The position numbers were made by a program, and so were the translations under genes. This document shows positions 8,942-17,972 of a DNA stretch of 64,000 bases, in pieces (position 1 is the first letter of the stretch; every line of letters begins with the position of its first letter). The stretch is from contig CAZSKK010000001.1 in NCBI GenBank assembly GCA_964607415.1, positions 405,974 to 469,973 on the forward strand, in the 5' to 3' direction. Source of the DNA: an uncultured Candidatus Saccharibacteria bacterium. GTDB lineage: Bacteria > Patescibacteriota > Dojkabacteria > J137. Under the pieces are notes generated by a model. That model was not told the DNA's origin, did not search any database, and saw only the letters and a list, made by a program, of their open reading frames with translations.

Positions 8942-9502
8942 ATGGCATTTACAAACGAAATAACTAGGGGAATGATTATTAAATTTAATAACGAGCCTCA
9001 TGTAATTGTTGAAAAAGAGTTCTATAAACCGGGAAAAGGTGGAGCTTTTAATCGAACTCGATTAAAAAGCATTAAATCAGGAAAGTTCTTTAATCAAATT
9101 TTTAAATCTGGTGAAAAAGTAGAAGAAATTGAAGTAGATACCAAAACAGTTCAGTTCTTATATAACGATGACCGAACTGTATACTTAATGGATCCTAGCA
9201 CTTTTGAACAGCTTGAATATCCTTTAAGCGAGGTTCCTTACGAAACTGACTTTCTTCATACAGAAGCTAAGTACATAGTATCTGTTTATGAAGGAAAAAT
9301 TATTTATCTTCAAATGCCTCAAAAAATTACACTGGAAGTAATTGAAGCTTTTGATGCAGTTAAAGGCGATTCTTCAAATAATCCACAGAAAGAAGTTACA
9401 GTTGAAACCGGAGCTAAAATAAACGTTCCAATGTTTATTAAAAAAGGCGATAAGATTGTAATAAATACAGAAACAAGAGGATACTTCTCCAAGCAAAACT
9501 AA
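8942..9502 (+). CDS. efp: elongation factor P
   Basis: 186 aa; N-terminal GMIIKFNNEPHVIVEKEFYKPGKGGAFNRTRLKS with the conserved KPGKG loop (Lys at the modification position). Confidence 0.9.
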   Translation: MAFTNEITRGMIIKFNNEPHVIVEKEFYKPGKGGAFNRTRLKSIKSGKFFNQIFKSGEKVEEIEVDTKTVQFLYNDDRTVYLMDPSTFEQLEYPLSEVPYETDFLHTEAKYIVSVYEGKIIYLQMPQKITLEVIEAFDAVKGDSSNNPQKEVTVETGAKINVPMFIKKGDKIVINTETRGYFSKQN

Positions 9503-9567
9503 GAATTTTTAGATGTGTATTTTGTCACACTGAGCCTAGTCGAAGTGTAGACAAAATTGCTGCTCTG

Positions 9568-10302
9568 TTAGGACAGGATTAGATACAATTCATCCGAACT
9601 CTTAACCTTCATTATGTCTAAATCCAATTTCATTTGACTTGCAAATGCTTTAATCTCCGATAGTTTCCAGTATCTTTGTTTAATTTTCGTTTTTAACGTT
9701 GAAACATTACCGCTTTCATCCTTAATTTCAACAATTTCTTCTGAGATAGAAGTATTTGTTTCTTTAAAATATTCTTTCGTTTTCCATTTAACTGTATACT
9801 CTACTCCATCTTTGATTTTTTCAATCTCAAAATCAAAGTTTTCAGGATTCACGTTTTCTGAATTATCAATATTAATTAAAATTACTCCATTTTTAGCGAG
9901 AGCCTTTACGCAATTTTTAAGTAACTTAATTGCATCACTATTCGTAACAGCAATTTCGTTAAAAGTGTTCCAGAACATATAAATAAGGTCGTAGGTTTGG
10001 GGTTTGAGGTAACAGGTTAAAGCATCGTCAACAGTAATTTCTCCAACGACTAACTTTTCACTTTTTACTTTCAATTCTTCAATCATGCCCTCTGATGAAT
10101 CAACGCCGTCTACCAAATATCCCATTTTAGTTAAAGGAATTAAGTGTCTGCCTGTTCCGCAACCAATATCTAGTAAGCGAGAACCGGGGCTTTTAAGGCT
10201 TTGAATCAAATCAATTTCCTGTTCAGTAAGCTCCTTAGGAACTGATGAATCATAAACTATATCGTAAACTTTTGCAGTAGTGTTGTTTGGATTTTGAGTC
10301 AT
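9568..10302 (-). CDS. class I SAM-dependent methyltransferase
   Basis: motif I LLDIGCGTGRH, motif II-like DLIYMFWNTF. Confidence 0.7.
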   Translation of the reverse strand: MTQNPNNTTAKVYDIVYDSSVPKELTEQEIDLIQSLKSPGSRLLDIGCGTGRHLIPLTKMGYLVDGVDSSEGMIEELKVKSEKLVVGEITVDDALTCYLKPQTYDLIYMFWNTFNEIAVTNSDAIKLLKNCVKALAKNGVILINIDNSENVNPENFDFEIEKIKDGVEYTVKWKTKEYFKETNTSISEEIVEIKDESGNVSTLKTKIKQRYWKLSEIKAFASQMKLDLDIMKVKSSDELYLILS

Positions 10303-10328
10303 GGGTTATGGCTAAGTGTTATCTATAT

Positions 10329-10377
10329 GCTATATGCTATATGCTATGTGCTATTCGCTATCTGCTATAAGCTATTC
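10329..10377. repeat. tandem heptamer array GCTATNN x7 (gctatat gctatat gctatgt gctattc gctatct gctataa gctatt)
   Basis: read directly; fills the entire gap between epmA stop (TAG at 10372-10374, overlapping the last unit) and the methyltransferase start. Confidence 0.7.
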
Positions 10378-11466
10378 TTCAAACATTTCACTTGCTGGAA
10401 AATAATTTATTTCCGAAATATATTTTGCATTTGCAAAAATCATTGCCAATCTATCAAGTCCCATTCCAATTCCTGCAACATCAGGAAGTCCACTTTTTAA
10501 TGCATCAATTAAATCCTGATCATATTTAACTTCCTTTAAGCCCATAGATTTTCTTGCTGCTTGTTCTTCTAAAAACCTTTTCTCTTGGAGTTCCCAGTCC
10601 AAAAGTTCAGTATAGCCATTTGCAAGTTCTTTACCTGCAATATATAGCTCTACTTTTTCACAAACCAAAGGATTTTTTTCGTTAGGTTTTGTTAAAACGC
10701 AAACCTGTTTTGGATAATCATAAACAAATGTTGGTTTATCAATAGCCAAGGTCGTCTCTATTTCCATTGCAAAAAGAAGTTCAAAAATTATCTGCCATGA
10801 ATCCTCATCTGAAACATTATAACCTTTGGATTTTGCAAAGCTTCTAAATTTATCTTCATCTTGAACCTCAGATAAATTTACTCCTAGAATCTTTTCAAAC
10901 GCATCTGCAACTGAAAGTCTATTCCATTTCCCTCCCAAATCAATTTCTTTATCTTGATATTTAAATTTTAAATCAACATCAAATTTGGTTATCTCATCAA
11001 AAGTAAGTTCAAACTTATTCTTACTCTCACTCTTAATCTTAACTAGTTTTAGCATAAATTTAATCAGCTCTTCGCAGTCATCCATTAAATCAAAATAATT
11101 TGCATCTAAGTGATACCACTCGAGCATTGTAAATTCAGGAGAATGATTTGGGCCAATTTCTTCAAGACCTCTACAAACCTTTGTAATTACAAAATGTTCT
11201 CCAAGCCCCGCAGCTAAGATCTTTTTATTGAAAGTTTCGGTTGTAGGTACAATGTAGCCTTTCACAACCCTGTTTTTAAGTTCAATATCGGTCTCTAAAA
11301 CATCTAGAAACCTTTCTTGAGGTAGTGCTGAAGTAATAATTGGGCTTTCAAGTTCATGATAGTTTCGGTGCTCAAAAAACTTTCTGGCCGCTTTAATAAT
11401 GTATTCTTTAACAAAATATCTTTCAAAAGCTTCTGGATTTTGTTTTAAATATTTCCAGGTTTTCAT
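10372..11466 (-). CDS. epmA: EF-P lysine ligase EpmA (PoxA/GenX; truncated class II LysRS paralog)
   Basis: class II aaRS catalytic core without anticodon-binding domain; blocks SPEFTMLEWY, KPTFVYDYP, EKVELYIAGKELANGYTEL...QEKRF, SGLPDVAGIGMGLDRLAMI match EpmA (NPEFTMLEWY, KPTFVYHFP, ERFEVYYKGIELANGFHEL...QQQRF, GMPDCSGVALGVDRLVML). Confidence 0.8.
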   Translation of the reverse strand: MKTWKYLKQNPEAFERYFVKEYIIKAARKFFEHRNYHELESPIITSALPQERFLDVLETDIELKNRVVKGYIVPTTETFNKKILAAGLGEHFVITKVCRGLEEIGPNHSPEFTMLEWYHLDANYFDLMDDCEELIKFMLKLVKIKSESKNKFELTFDEITKFDVDLKFKYQDKEIDLGGKWNRLSVADAFEKILGVNLSEVQDEDKFRSFAKSKGYNVSDEDSWQIIFELLFAMEIETTLAIDKPTFVYDYPKQVCVLTKPNEKNPLVCEKVELYIAGKELANGYTELLDWELQEKRFLEEQAARKSMGLKEVKYDQDLIDALKSGLPDVAGIGMGLDRLAMIFANAKYISEINYFPASEMFEE

Positions 11467-12242
11467 GAGGTGGCTTTAGCATGAGGGGTTATTAAACTGC
11501 ATAGGAATTTAACAATCGCAACGGCAGTAATTGCTGCAGTTTCTGATCTTAAAATGCTATCTGTAAATGTAACAAATTCAAACCCGGCCTCTTTAGCTAG
11601 TTTATGTTCAGTTGGCGAAAAACCGCCTTCAGGACCTATAAAAACTGCAATTTTTGAATATTCTTTAGGAATCATGCTCAAAAACTTTGTATCTATAGAT
11701 TCAGGACTTGCCTTTCTTGGAATTGTAAAAAAGTAGATAACGTCAAACTGCTCTTTCAAGTTTATGACACCATCAAAATCAATAGGTTTATGTAATTCAG
11801 GAATAGTTAATCTTTCTGATTGTTGGCATGCAGAAAGAATTATTTTGTTAAATCTTTCGTATTTAGAATTAGTGTTCTCATAAAAACTTTGTGAAAATTC
11901 AGCAACAACTGGAACTATGTGATCAATTCCAAGTTCTGTAGTTTTCTCTAAAATATCTTCAAGTTTTCCTGCTTTTAACAAAGATTGAAAAAGTGTAATT
12001 TCAACTTTAGGTTTACTAAAATCTTCTTCTTTAATTAGTTCAAGTAACCTTGCGGTTGCAAATTCTCTGGTTACAAGTATTAGCTCAGCTAAAAATTCTT
12101 TTTCACCATTAAAGACTGTAATTTTATCGCCTTTTGATAGCCTTAAAACTTTTCTGACATGATTTGCATCATAGTCCGAAAGTTTTACACTACTACCTGT
12201 TCTGATATTTTTTCGTTCTGTATAAAATCTATTTAATCTCAT
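11463..12242 (-). CDS. rsmE: 16S rRNA (uracil1498-N3)-methyltransferase RsmE family
   Basis: 259 aa, N-terminal PUA-like MRLNRFYTE...GDKITVFNGE and C-terminal SPOUT-type IAVFIGPEGGFSPTE motif; overlaps epmA start by 4 nt. Confidence 0.75.
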   Translation of the reverse strand: MRLNRFYTERKNIRTGSSVKLSDYDANHVRKVLRLSKGDKITVFNGEKEFLAELILVTREFATARLLELIKEEDFSKPKVEITLFQSLLKAGKLEDILEKTTELGIDHIVPVVAEFSQSFYENTNSKYERFNKIILSACQQSERLTIPELHKPIDFDGVINLKEQFDVIYFFTIPRKASPESIDTKFLSMIPKEYSKIAVFIGPEGGFSPTEHKLAKEAGFEFVTFTDSILRSETAAITAVAIVKFLCSLITPHAKATS

Positions 12243-12276
12243 CTTTATTTCTTAAATCTTATTCTTTCTCTAAGTC

Positions 12277-12921
12277 TTAATATGATACTGGAGCTAAATA
12301 TGTTGCTCTATCATAAAAGTCATAGTCAATTCCTTGAGCTAACATGTAAAGTTCTATATCATATTGTGAAAACTTGCCTTGAATTCTTGCTGCTTCTGCC
12401 GCCCTTGCATACTTTTCAGATGTTTCTTTTAAGAAAGGAAGATTCTTTTTTTGCAAATCAACTTCAGCAGTTGTAAATTTTACTTCAAGCTCATGTAACT
12501 GATATTGAAATTGCGCACAAGCGCTACAGTTATAGTCTTCAAATACTTCAACTTTAATTGGTAAAGCTAAATTGGTTGCACCAACTTTAGCTTCGTTAAC
12601 CAAAGAAGCAAGTTTCTCTTCTAAGTCAGTATTTGTTTGTCTGATAAAAATCTCTCCATTAATAAAAATTGAAGGAGTAGACGCTCTGCCATCAAGTCTG
12701 TTTAACGCATCTGTTTTTTGATCTTCAACTATTTTTTTTACTGCATCACTTTCCATATCCGCTAAAAACTTCTCCTTGTCCATGCCTAACTGCTCGGCTA
12801 AGACGGCTACATCAGAACTATTTTTGATATCATCTCTTTGAGAAATGATTATTACAAAAAGAAATGCCAGCCCAATTATTAAGGTGGCGATTATACCTAT
12901 TGTTGCAGGTGATTTTTTCAT
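12277..12921 (-). CDS. DsbA-family thiol:disulfide oxidoreductase, membrane anchored
   Basis: N-terminal TM helix, thioredoxin-like CxxC active site (NCSACAQF). Confidence 0.62.
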   Translation of the reverse strand: MKKSPATIGIIATLIIGLAFLFVIIISQRDDIKNSSDVAVLAEQLGMDKEKFLADMESDAVKKIVEDQKTDALNRLDGRASTPSIFINGEIFIRQTNTDLEEKLASLVNEAKVGATNLALPIKVEVFEDYNCSACAQFQYQLHELEVKFTTAEVDLQKKNLPFLKETSEKYARAAEAARIQGKFSQYDIELYMLAQGIDYDFYDRATYLAPVSY

Positions 12922-12944
12922 AGCGCAAATATAAAAAATTAAAG

Positions 12945-13013
12945 AATAACCCCTCCGACTCTCCGAGCCACCTCCCCTTTGATTAAAGGGGAGGAACCAA
13001 AGGAGGGGTTGTT
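12945..13013. repeat. GC-rich nested-hairpin element (AATAACCCCTCC...CCTCCCCTTTGATTAAAGGGGAGG...GGAGGGGTTGTT)
   Basis: same architecture and shared ATAACCCCTC / CTCCCCTTT..AAAGGGGAG cores as 6062-6143; lies between gap stop and dsbA-like start, followed by a T-rich tract on minus (possible terminator for gap). Confidence 0.5.
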
Positions 13014-13126
13014 AAATTTAAACTTGTGAACTAGAAAACTCGTAAACGATTTTGCTGTTATTTAAATTAGATCCTGAATCAAGTTCAGGATGACGTCTCA
13101 AAGATTCTTCGTCTTACGCCTAACTT

Positions 13127-14206
13127 CTAACGTCCTACTAACACAGCCATTTCTACAAGCCTGTTTGAATACCCTGCTTCATTATCGTACCAAGTCATAA
13201 CCTTAACCAAATCTCCATCAATAACCTTAGTTAAGGACAGATCAACAATCGCTGAACTAGGGTTACCTATTATATCAGACGAAACAATAGGTTCTCTAGT
13301 AACTTCAACAATTCCATCGTACTGTTTGGATTCACTTGCTTCTATAAATGCTTGATTAACTTCTTCTAGTGTTACAGGTTTGGAAACCAAAAAAGTAAAA
13401 TCAGTTAAAGAACCACAAAGAGTTGGAACTCTTACAGCCATTCCGTCAAACTTTCCTTTAATTTCTTTAATAGCTTCAGTTGTAGAAATTGCAGCCCCGC
13501 TTGTTGTTGGAACAATATTATTAATTGCCGCTCTTGCTCTTCTTAAGTCAGGATGTAACCCTGGTGGTACAGAATCGACAAGGTTTTGCTCTGCGGTAAC
13601 CGAATGAATTGTAGTCATTGCGGCTTTTAAAATACCAAATTTTTCATTAATTATATTAGCAACAGGACCAACACAGTTTGTTGTGCAAGAACCGTTGGAA
13701 ACAATTTCTTCTTCTAAATATTTATCGGTATTAACACCAATTAGGAATGTATTGATATCACCACCTTTAGTTGGAGCAGAAACCACAACTTTTTTACTAC
13801 CAGCATCAATATGTGCCTTTGCTGCACCATCTTTAACAAATCGGCCGGTACATTCCAGCACAACATCAATATTTAGTTCTTTCCATGGCAATTTTGAAGG
13901 GTCGGGCTCATGAATAATTTTTATTCTTTTATTATCAATAATTAAATAGTTTTCAGTATTTCCATAGTCTTTAAAATGCCCTTCTACATCTTCGGTTCCC
14001 TCAATATCAATAATTTCTCCATTGACTTCTACACTGACTTTTTTTGGATAAATACCGTAAACGCTATCGTAAACAAATAAATGTGCAAGTATTTGAGGTA
14101 GTGAAAGATCGTTTATAGCAACTACTTCAACTTCATTTTTTTCAAGTGCAACTTTTAAGGCTTGTCTTCCTATTCTTCCAAAACCGTTAATTGCAATTTT
14201 TATCAT
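13127..14206 (-). CDS. gap: glyceraldehyde-3-phosphate dehydrogenase, type I
   Basis: NAD-binding INGFGRIGR, catalytic SCTTNC motif, 359 aa. Confidence 0.92.
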   Translation of the reverse strand: MIKIAINGFGRIGRQALKVALEKNEVEVVAINDLSLPQILAHLFVYDSVYGIYPKKVSVEVNGEIIDIEGTEDVEGHFKDYGNTENYLIIDNKRIKIIHEPDPSKLPWKELNIDVVLECTGRFVKDGAAKAHIDAGSKKVVVSAPTKGGDINTFLIGVNTDKYLEEEIVSNGSCTTNCVGPVANIINEKFGILKAAMTTIHSVTAEQNLVDSVPPGLHPDLRRARAAINNIVPTTSGAAISTTEAIKEIKGKFDGMAVRVPTLCGSLTDFTFLVSKPVTLEEVNQAFIEASESKQYDGIVEVTREPIVSSDIIGNPSSAIVDLSLTKVIDGDLVKVMTWYDNEAGYSNRLVEMAVLVGR

Positions 14207-14263
14207 AGTAGAAAATTAATAGTTAATAATTTAGTTCATAGTCAATAGTTGATGATTGATAGT

Positions 14264-14287
14264 AGCTTATAGCGAATAGCGTATAGC
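14264..14287. repeat. tandem heptamer array (reverse orientation: tatagcg aatagcg tatagc = GCTATAC GCTATTC GCTATAA)
   Basis: read directly; in divergent region between gap and glycosyltransferase. Confidence 0.55.
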
Positions 14288-14397
14288 AAAAGATCATTAT
14301 CCCGTAAACCCTATAACTAAATTAATAAACTTCTGAATTGACACATTCTCATATTCCATTATTCGCATATTCGCGTATTCCTGCTAAAATATTGTAC

Positions 14398-15549
14398 ATG
14401 AAAATAATTCAAATTACATCCTTCTACAAACCAAATGTGGGCGGAGTTGAAAAACAAGTTGAACATATTTCAAGCCACTTAATGCAGAGTGGGTTTGACG
14501 TTGAAATTTTTACCACCGATGCAACTCACGGAAGTTCATCAAGAATCAAAACTTATAATAGTGACAATGGCGATACAATTGTGCAACGATTTAGATACTT
14601 TTTTGGATTTGGAAACTTCTTTAGATTTTCCCCAACCTTGTTAATTAAGCTAGCACGTTCTAAATTTGATATAGTGCATGTACATAACACTCATGATGCC
14701 CATTTGATTGGTGCAATTATTATTGCCAAATTAAAACGCAAAAAAGTTGTTCTAACTGGTCACAATCCATATATTGTGGATTCACAAAAGCGTGGAAACA
14801 TTCTTAATAGATTAGTGCATAGTTACGATTATGTTCTAAAAATATTTTTTCCTCTCATCAATAAATATATTGCGCTTCTTTTTAGCGAAAAGCAATATGT
14901 ACAAACATTCTTCAGGTTGCGAGGAAACAAATTAGCTTTAATTCCAAATGGCATAAACGGAATTTTTTATACACAAGAAAAAAAACGTACCAATGCCGCT
15001 ATTGTTAAAGAACTTGGCATAGATAGAAACAAGTATAAAATGGTAGTTGGAACTGCATCAAGGATGAACTTTGTTAAAGGTATCCACAATCTTAAAGTGG
15101 CTGCAGATACTTTGCCTGATGTACAATTTATATTTGTTGGAGGAGATGGAGGTTATCTTAATGATATTAAACAATTATATCGAGATAATAACAATGTAAT
15201 TATTTTTGACAAGTATATTCCTCAAGAACGTCTTGTTGATTTTTATGATGAAATTGATTTATTTTTACTTCCAAGTGTATACGAACCATTTGGAATGACT
15301 TTAGTTGAAGCAATGGCTAGGGGTAAGTATATATTATCTACAAATGTAGGAGGTACGCCAGAAATTATAAAGCCGGAATACGGAGAGCTTTTGAATCCAA
15401 AAGATCATAAACTATGGGCAGAAAGGATCGGCTATTACAGAGACCATAAGGATCTTCTCAAACTAAATAAAAATGCGCAAAACGAAGCAGAGAAGTACAA
15501 ATGGGATGTTGTGATGGGAAAGTTGATTGAAGTGTATAGAAGTTTATAG
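14398..15549 (+). CDS. glycosyltransferase family 4 (GT-B)
   Basis: C-terminal EPFGMTLVEAMARG motif typical of GT4; the ORF track starts at 14338 but conserved N-terminus MKIIQITSFYKPNVGG begins at 14398. Confidence 0.75.
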   Translation: MKIIQITSFYKPNVGGVEKQVEHISSHLMQSGFDVEIFTTDATHGSSSRIKTYNSDNGDTIVQRFRYFFGFGNFFRFSPTLLIKLARSKFDIVHVHNTHDAHLIGAIIIAKLKRKKVVLTGHNPYIVDSQKRGNILNRLVHSYDYVLKIFFPLINKYIALLFSEKQYVQTFFRLRGNKLALIPNGINGIFYTQEKKRTNAAIVKELGIDRNKYKMVVGTASRMNFVKGIHNLKVAADTLPDVQFIFVGGDGGYLNDIKQLYRDNNNVIIFDKYIPQERLVDFYDEIDLFLLPSVYEPFGMTLVEAMARGKYILSTNVGGTPEIIKPEYGELLNPKDHKLWAERIGYYRDHKDLLKLNKNAQNEAEKYKWDVVMGKLIEVYRSL

Positions 15550-15550
15550 T

Positions 15551-16363
15551 TTATTCTTCAAGAAAAGCCCATATTAAATCAAATAAAGCCTTTGAGTTTT
15601 CATAAAGCAGTTGGTTTTCAATTACATAGGCAATAGGCTCTAATGATCTTTCCACAATTGCAATTTTCCCAGAGTAAATTAAGTAATCCATAGATTTATA
15701 ATTAAAATTCTTTGGGAAAAATTTATAGTAATAGTTTTGTTCATTGGCGTGTTTTTTAATTAAATCATGTGAACTTTTGTTATTACTAAAAATGGCCCAG
15801 CTTTTAGATCCATTGTTTACTGCATCGCTAAACTTCTTTGCATTTTCTGGGAAAATATTAACTACATCATCAGAATTTAAAAATGATCTTATTTCCTTTG
15901 ATTTTGTAATTTCATCATAAATTGATGCTATGGCTTTTTTATTTGTTAGAACTTTCATACCTGCCTGAAAGTAGCTCTTCCCATTTTCCTCTAACTGATT
16001 TATAAGCTTATCCAAGTTAGAACTTGCAATTTCTATTTCTCTTTGCTCAGCGCTAAGTTTTGCATTTTTAATTGCAACAAGATTTTGCAAGTAGATTGGG
16101 TCTCTTGCTACAAACTTGCGCTTTCGTCCAACTGTGATTTTGTGAACTAAATTTTTATCAGTTAAGCTTTCAATCCAATCGTACACACTTGCCCTTGGAA
16201 TATTAATTACGCTACTAATTTCAGCTATAGTTTTTGGAGAGCCTTCAAGTAAAAGACGATATATTTCAAACTCGTTAAGAGTGATATCAAAAAACTTTAA
16301 TAAATCTTTTGTTTTCATATTAAATTTAGAAAGAAAATTTTTATGTCGGTACGTGTCCGACAT
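15551..16363 (-). CDS. TrmB-family transcriptional regulator (N-terminal wHTH + C-terminal effector domain)
   Basis: N-terminal HTH region paralogous to the ORF at 17973-18764 (LNEFEIYRLLLEGSPKTIAEISSVINIPRASVYDWIESLTDKNLV). Confidence 0.55.
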   Translation of the reverse strand: MSDTYRHKNFLSKFNMKTKDLLKFFDITLNEFEIYRLLLEGSPKTIAEISSVINIPRASVYDWIESLTDKNLVHKITVGRKRKFVARDPIYLQNLVAIKNAKLSAEQREIEIASSNLDKLINQLEENGKSYFQAGMKVLTNKKAIASIYDEITKSKEIRSFLNSDDVVNIFPENAKKFSDAVNNGSKSWAIFSNNKSSHDLIKKHANEQNYYYKFFPKNFNYKSMDYLIYSGKIAIVERSLEPIAYVIENQLLYENSKALFDLIWAFLEE

Positions 16364-16474
16364 TTCGAAATATTATACTACAAATAACATTAGCTTCACC
16401 ATATTCCAAAAGTGTCGACCTATGGACAACATTTTCTACAAGGAATACAATAGTTAACAGTTATAGTCAACACT

Positions 16475-16720
16475 ATGGAAAGTTTCAACCTACCAGACAA
16501 TTCATACTATGCTAAAGTTTTGAAAAAATATAGAATCGAAAGGAAAATGAGTCAACTTGAGCTGGAAGTAAAGGCCGATTTGCCTTTTGGCACAGTTTCT
16601 AGGATAGAAAATGGAAAAGTTAATCCTTCTAAAGAAACACTTTTAAAAATTTCGTATACATTAAAACTTCAAGCTAAAGATTTTCTCTACTTATCAGGAT
16701 TTACGATATTGTTCCAGTAA
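16475..16720 (+). CDS. XRE-family helix-turn-helix protein
   Basis: HTH_3-like KMSQLELEVKADLPFGTVSRIENGKVNPSKETLLKISYTL. Confidence 0.55.
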   Translation: MESFNLPDNSYYAKVLKKYRIERKMSQLELEVKADLPFGTVSRIENGKVNPSKETLLKISYTLKLQAKDFLYLSGFTILFQ

Positions 16721-16842
16721 AAATTTACATTTCTTCCAAGCTTCCCTGAAAACGATTGTCAATGGTAACTCTCAATAGATTTCTTCTCTGTTGTCACAAA
16801 ACTGTCAGCTTATAGAAAAATTGACGACAAAAAGTGGAAAAA

Positions 16843-16852
16843 CTGCTATAAT
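16843..16852 (+). promoter_or_regulatory. extended -10 promoter element TGCTATAAT upstream of the methyltransferase gene (upstream TTGACG is 20 nt away, too far for a canonical -35)
   Basis: sequence ttgacgacaaaaagtggaaaaactgctataat read directly; about 24 nt before ATG at 16876. Confidence 0.4.
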
Positions 16853-16875
16853 GCCCAGCAACAGACAGTGTTCTG

Positions 16876-17961
16876 TTGTTATGTTATAATTACTGTGATT
16901 TAATGAATGCTATGGTACAAGAACCCCAATTTAATATTTCTGAAGCTATAAACTATACTTTTGAAAGTGTTGAAGTTACTCTAGATCTTGTTACATTCAT
17001 AGATGTATGGGGTGGCTCTCTATCTTCTGCACCGCATATAATTCAAACACTTATAGATCAAGGTTTACATGAAAGATTCAAAGATGCAAATGTTATTGAT
17101 GTTGGAGCAGGCAATGGCATCATAACCTTAGCTGCACTAGGACTAGGAGCTACACATGTTGTTGCAGTTGATAATAATCTAAGTGCAATAGCTAACACAA
17201 ATTTCAACCTTAGATATAATCAATTTCAAAAATCTCAAGCTACAGTTCTTAGTTCTGATGTTCTAAGTGAAATACCTTCAAATTATAAAGCCAACATTAT
17301 TATAGGTAATTTACCTATGAATCCAGATGTAACTGGGCTTAACATTGCCAATGCAGCCTTTAGATCTAATCAAAACGGCGATGGTCGTTATGTCCAAAGT
17401 ACATTAATCCGACAATCACGAGATTACTTAACTCCTGGAGGATTATTAATCTTTTCAGCATCCTCAAGACAAAACTTTGCTGCAACCAAAAGCGACCTAG
17501 ATAATTACTTTGGAACTAATAACTGGACTATCCTAAACTCAACTGAGAATGCAAATCCAGTAGACACCTTCATTGGGGCACATGAAGAAATAAATATGGA
17601 ATATCATGGACCATTTGTACCGACTTGGTTACTTGAAACTTCTATTGATAGAAAATTAAGAGTATATAATCTTGACGATAAGGGACATCCTTATCTCGAA
17701 CTTGAATCTGGTAGAGGAAAAGATAGAGTAAAGAAAATTTTTTGTTATGTTGACTTAAATCAAAATGGATTGTTTACCCCAATAGAAGTTTACATTAATG
17801 GCAATGGTATCCCTCTTTATAGTACTATAAATCCGGATGGCTCGATAACTCCAATCCAAGTACAAAATATTAATTTGCCTACAAAAGCTTCGAAAATTCT
17901 ATACCACAACTACTCTATCGTAATGGCTCAATTCTCACCAAACCACTTTCCTGAATTATAA
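16876..17961 (+). CDS. SAM-dependent methyltransferase (small-domain RsmC/HemK-like fold with degenerate NPPY motif) fused to about 140-aa C-terminal domain of unknown function
   Basis: motif I VIDVGAGNGIITLAA, motif IV position reads GNLPMNP instead of NPPY/DPPY. Confidence 0.5.
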   Translation: MLCYNYCDLMNAMVQEPQFNISEAINYTFESVEVTLDLVTFIDVWGGSLSSAPHIIQTLIDQGLHERFKDANVIDVGAGNGIITLAALGLGATHVVAVDNNLSAIANTNFNLRYNQFQKSQATVLSSDVLSEIPSNYKANIIIGNLPMNPDVTGLNIANAAFRSNQNGDGRYVQSTLIRQSRDYLTPGGLLIFSASSRQNFAATKSDLDNYFGTNNWTILNSTENANPVDTFIGAHEEINMEYHGPFVPTWLLETSIDRKLRVYNLDDKGHPYLELESGRGKDRVKKIFCYVDLNQNGLFTPIEVYINGNGIPLYSTINPDGSITPIQVQNINLPTKASKILYHNYSIVMAQFSPNHFPEL

Positions 17962-17972
17962 GGTAATTTAAT

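Noticed and set aside
10329-10377. Heptamer arrays as a CRISPR array
   Set aside because: 7-nt units are contiguous with no spacers; no cas genes; not CRISPR
16821-16852. Canonical sigma70 promoter TTGACG-N-TATAAT upstream of the MTase gene
   Set aside because: Spacer is 20 nt, too long for a canonical -35/-10 pair; kept only as an extended -10 (TGCTATAAT) candidate
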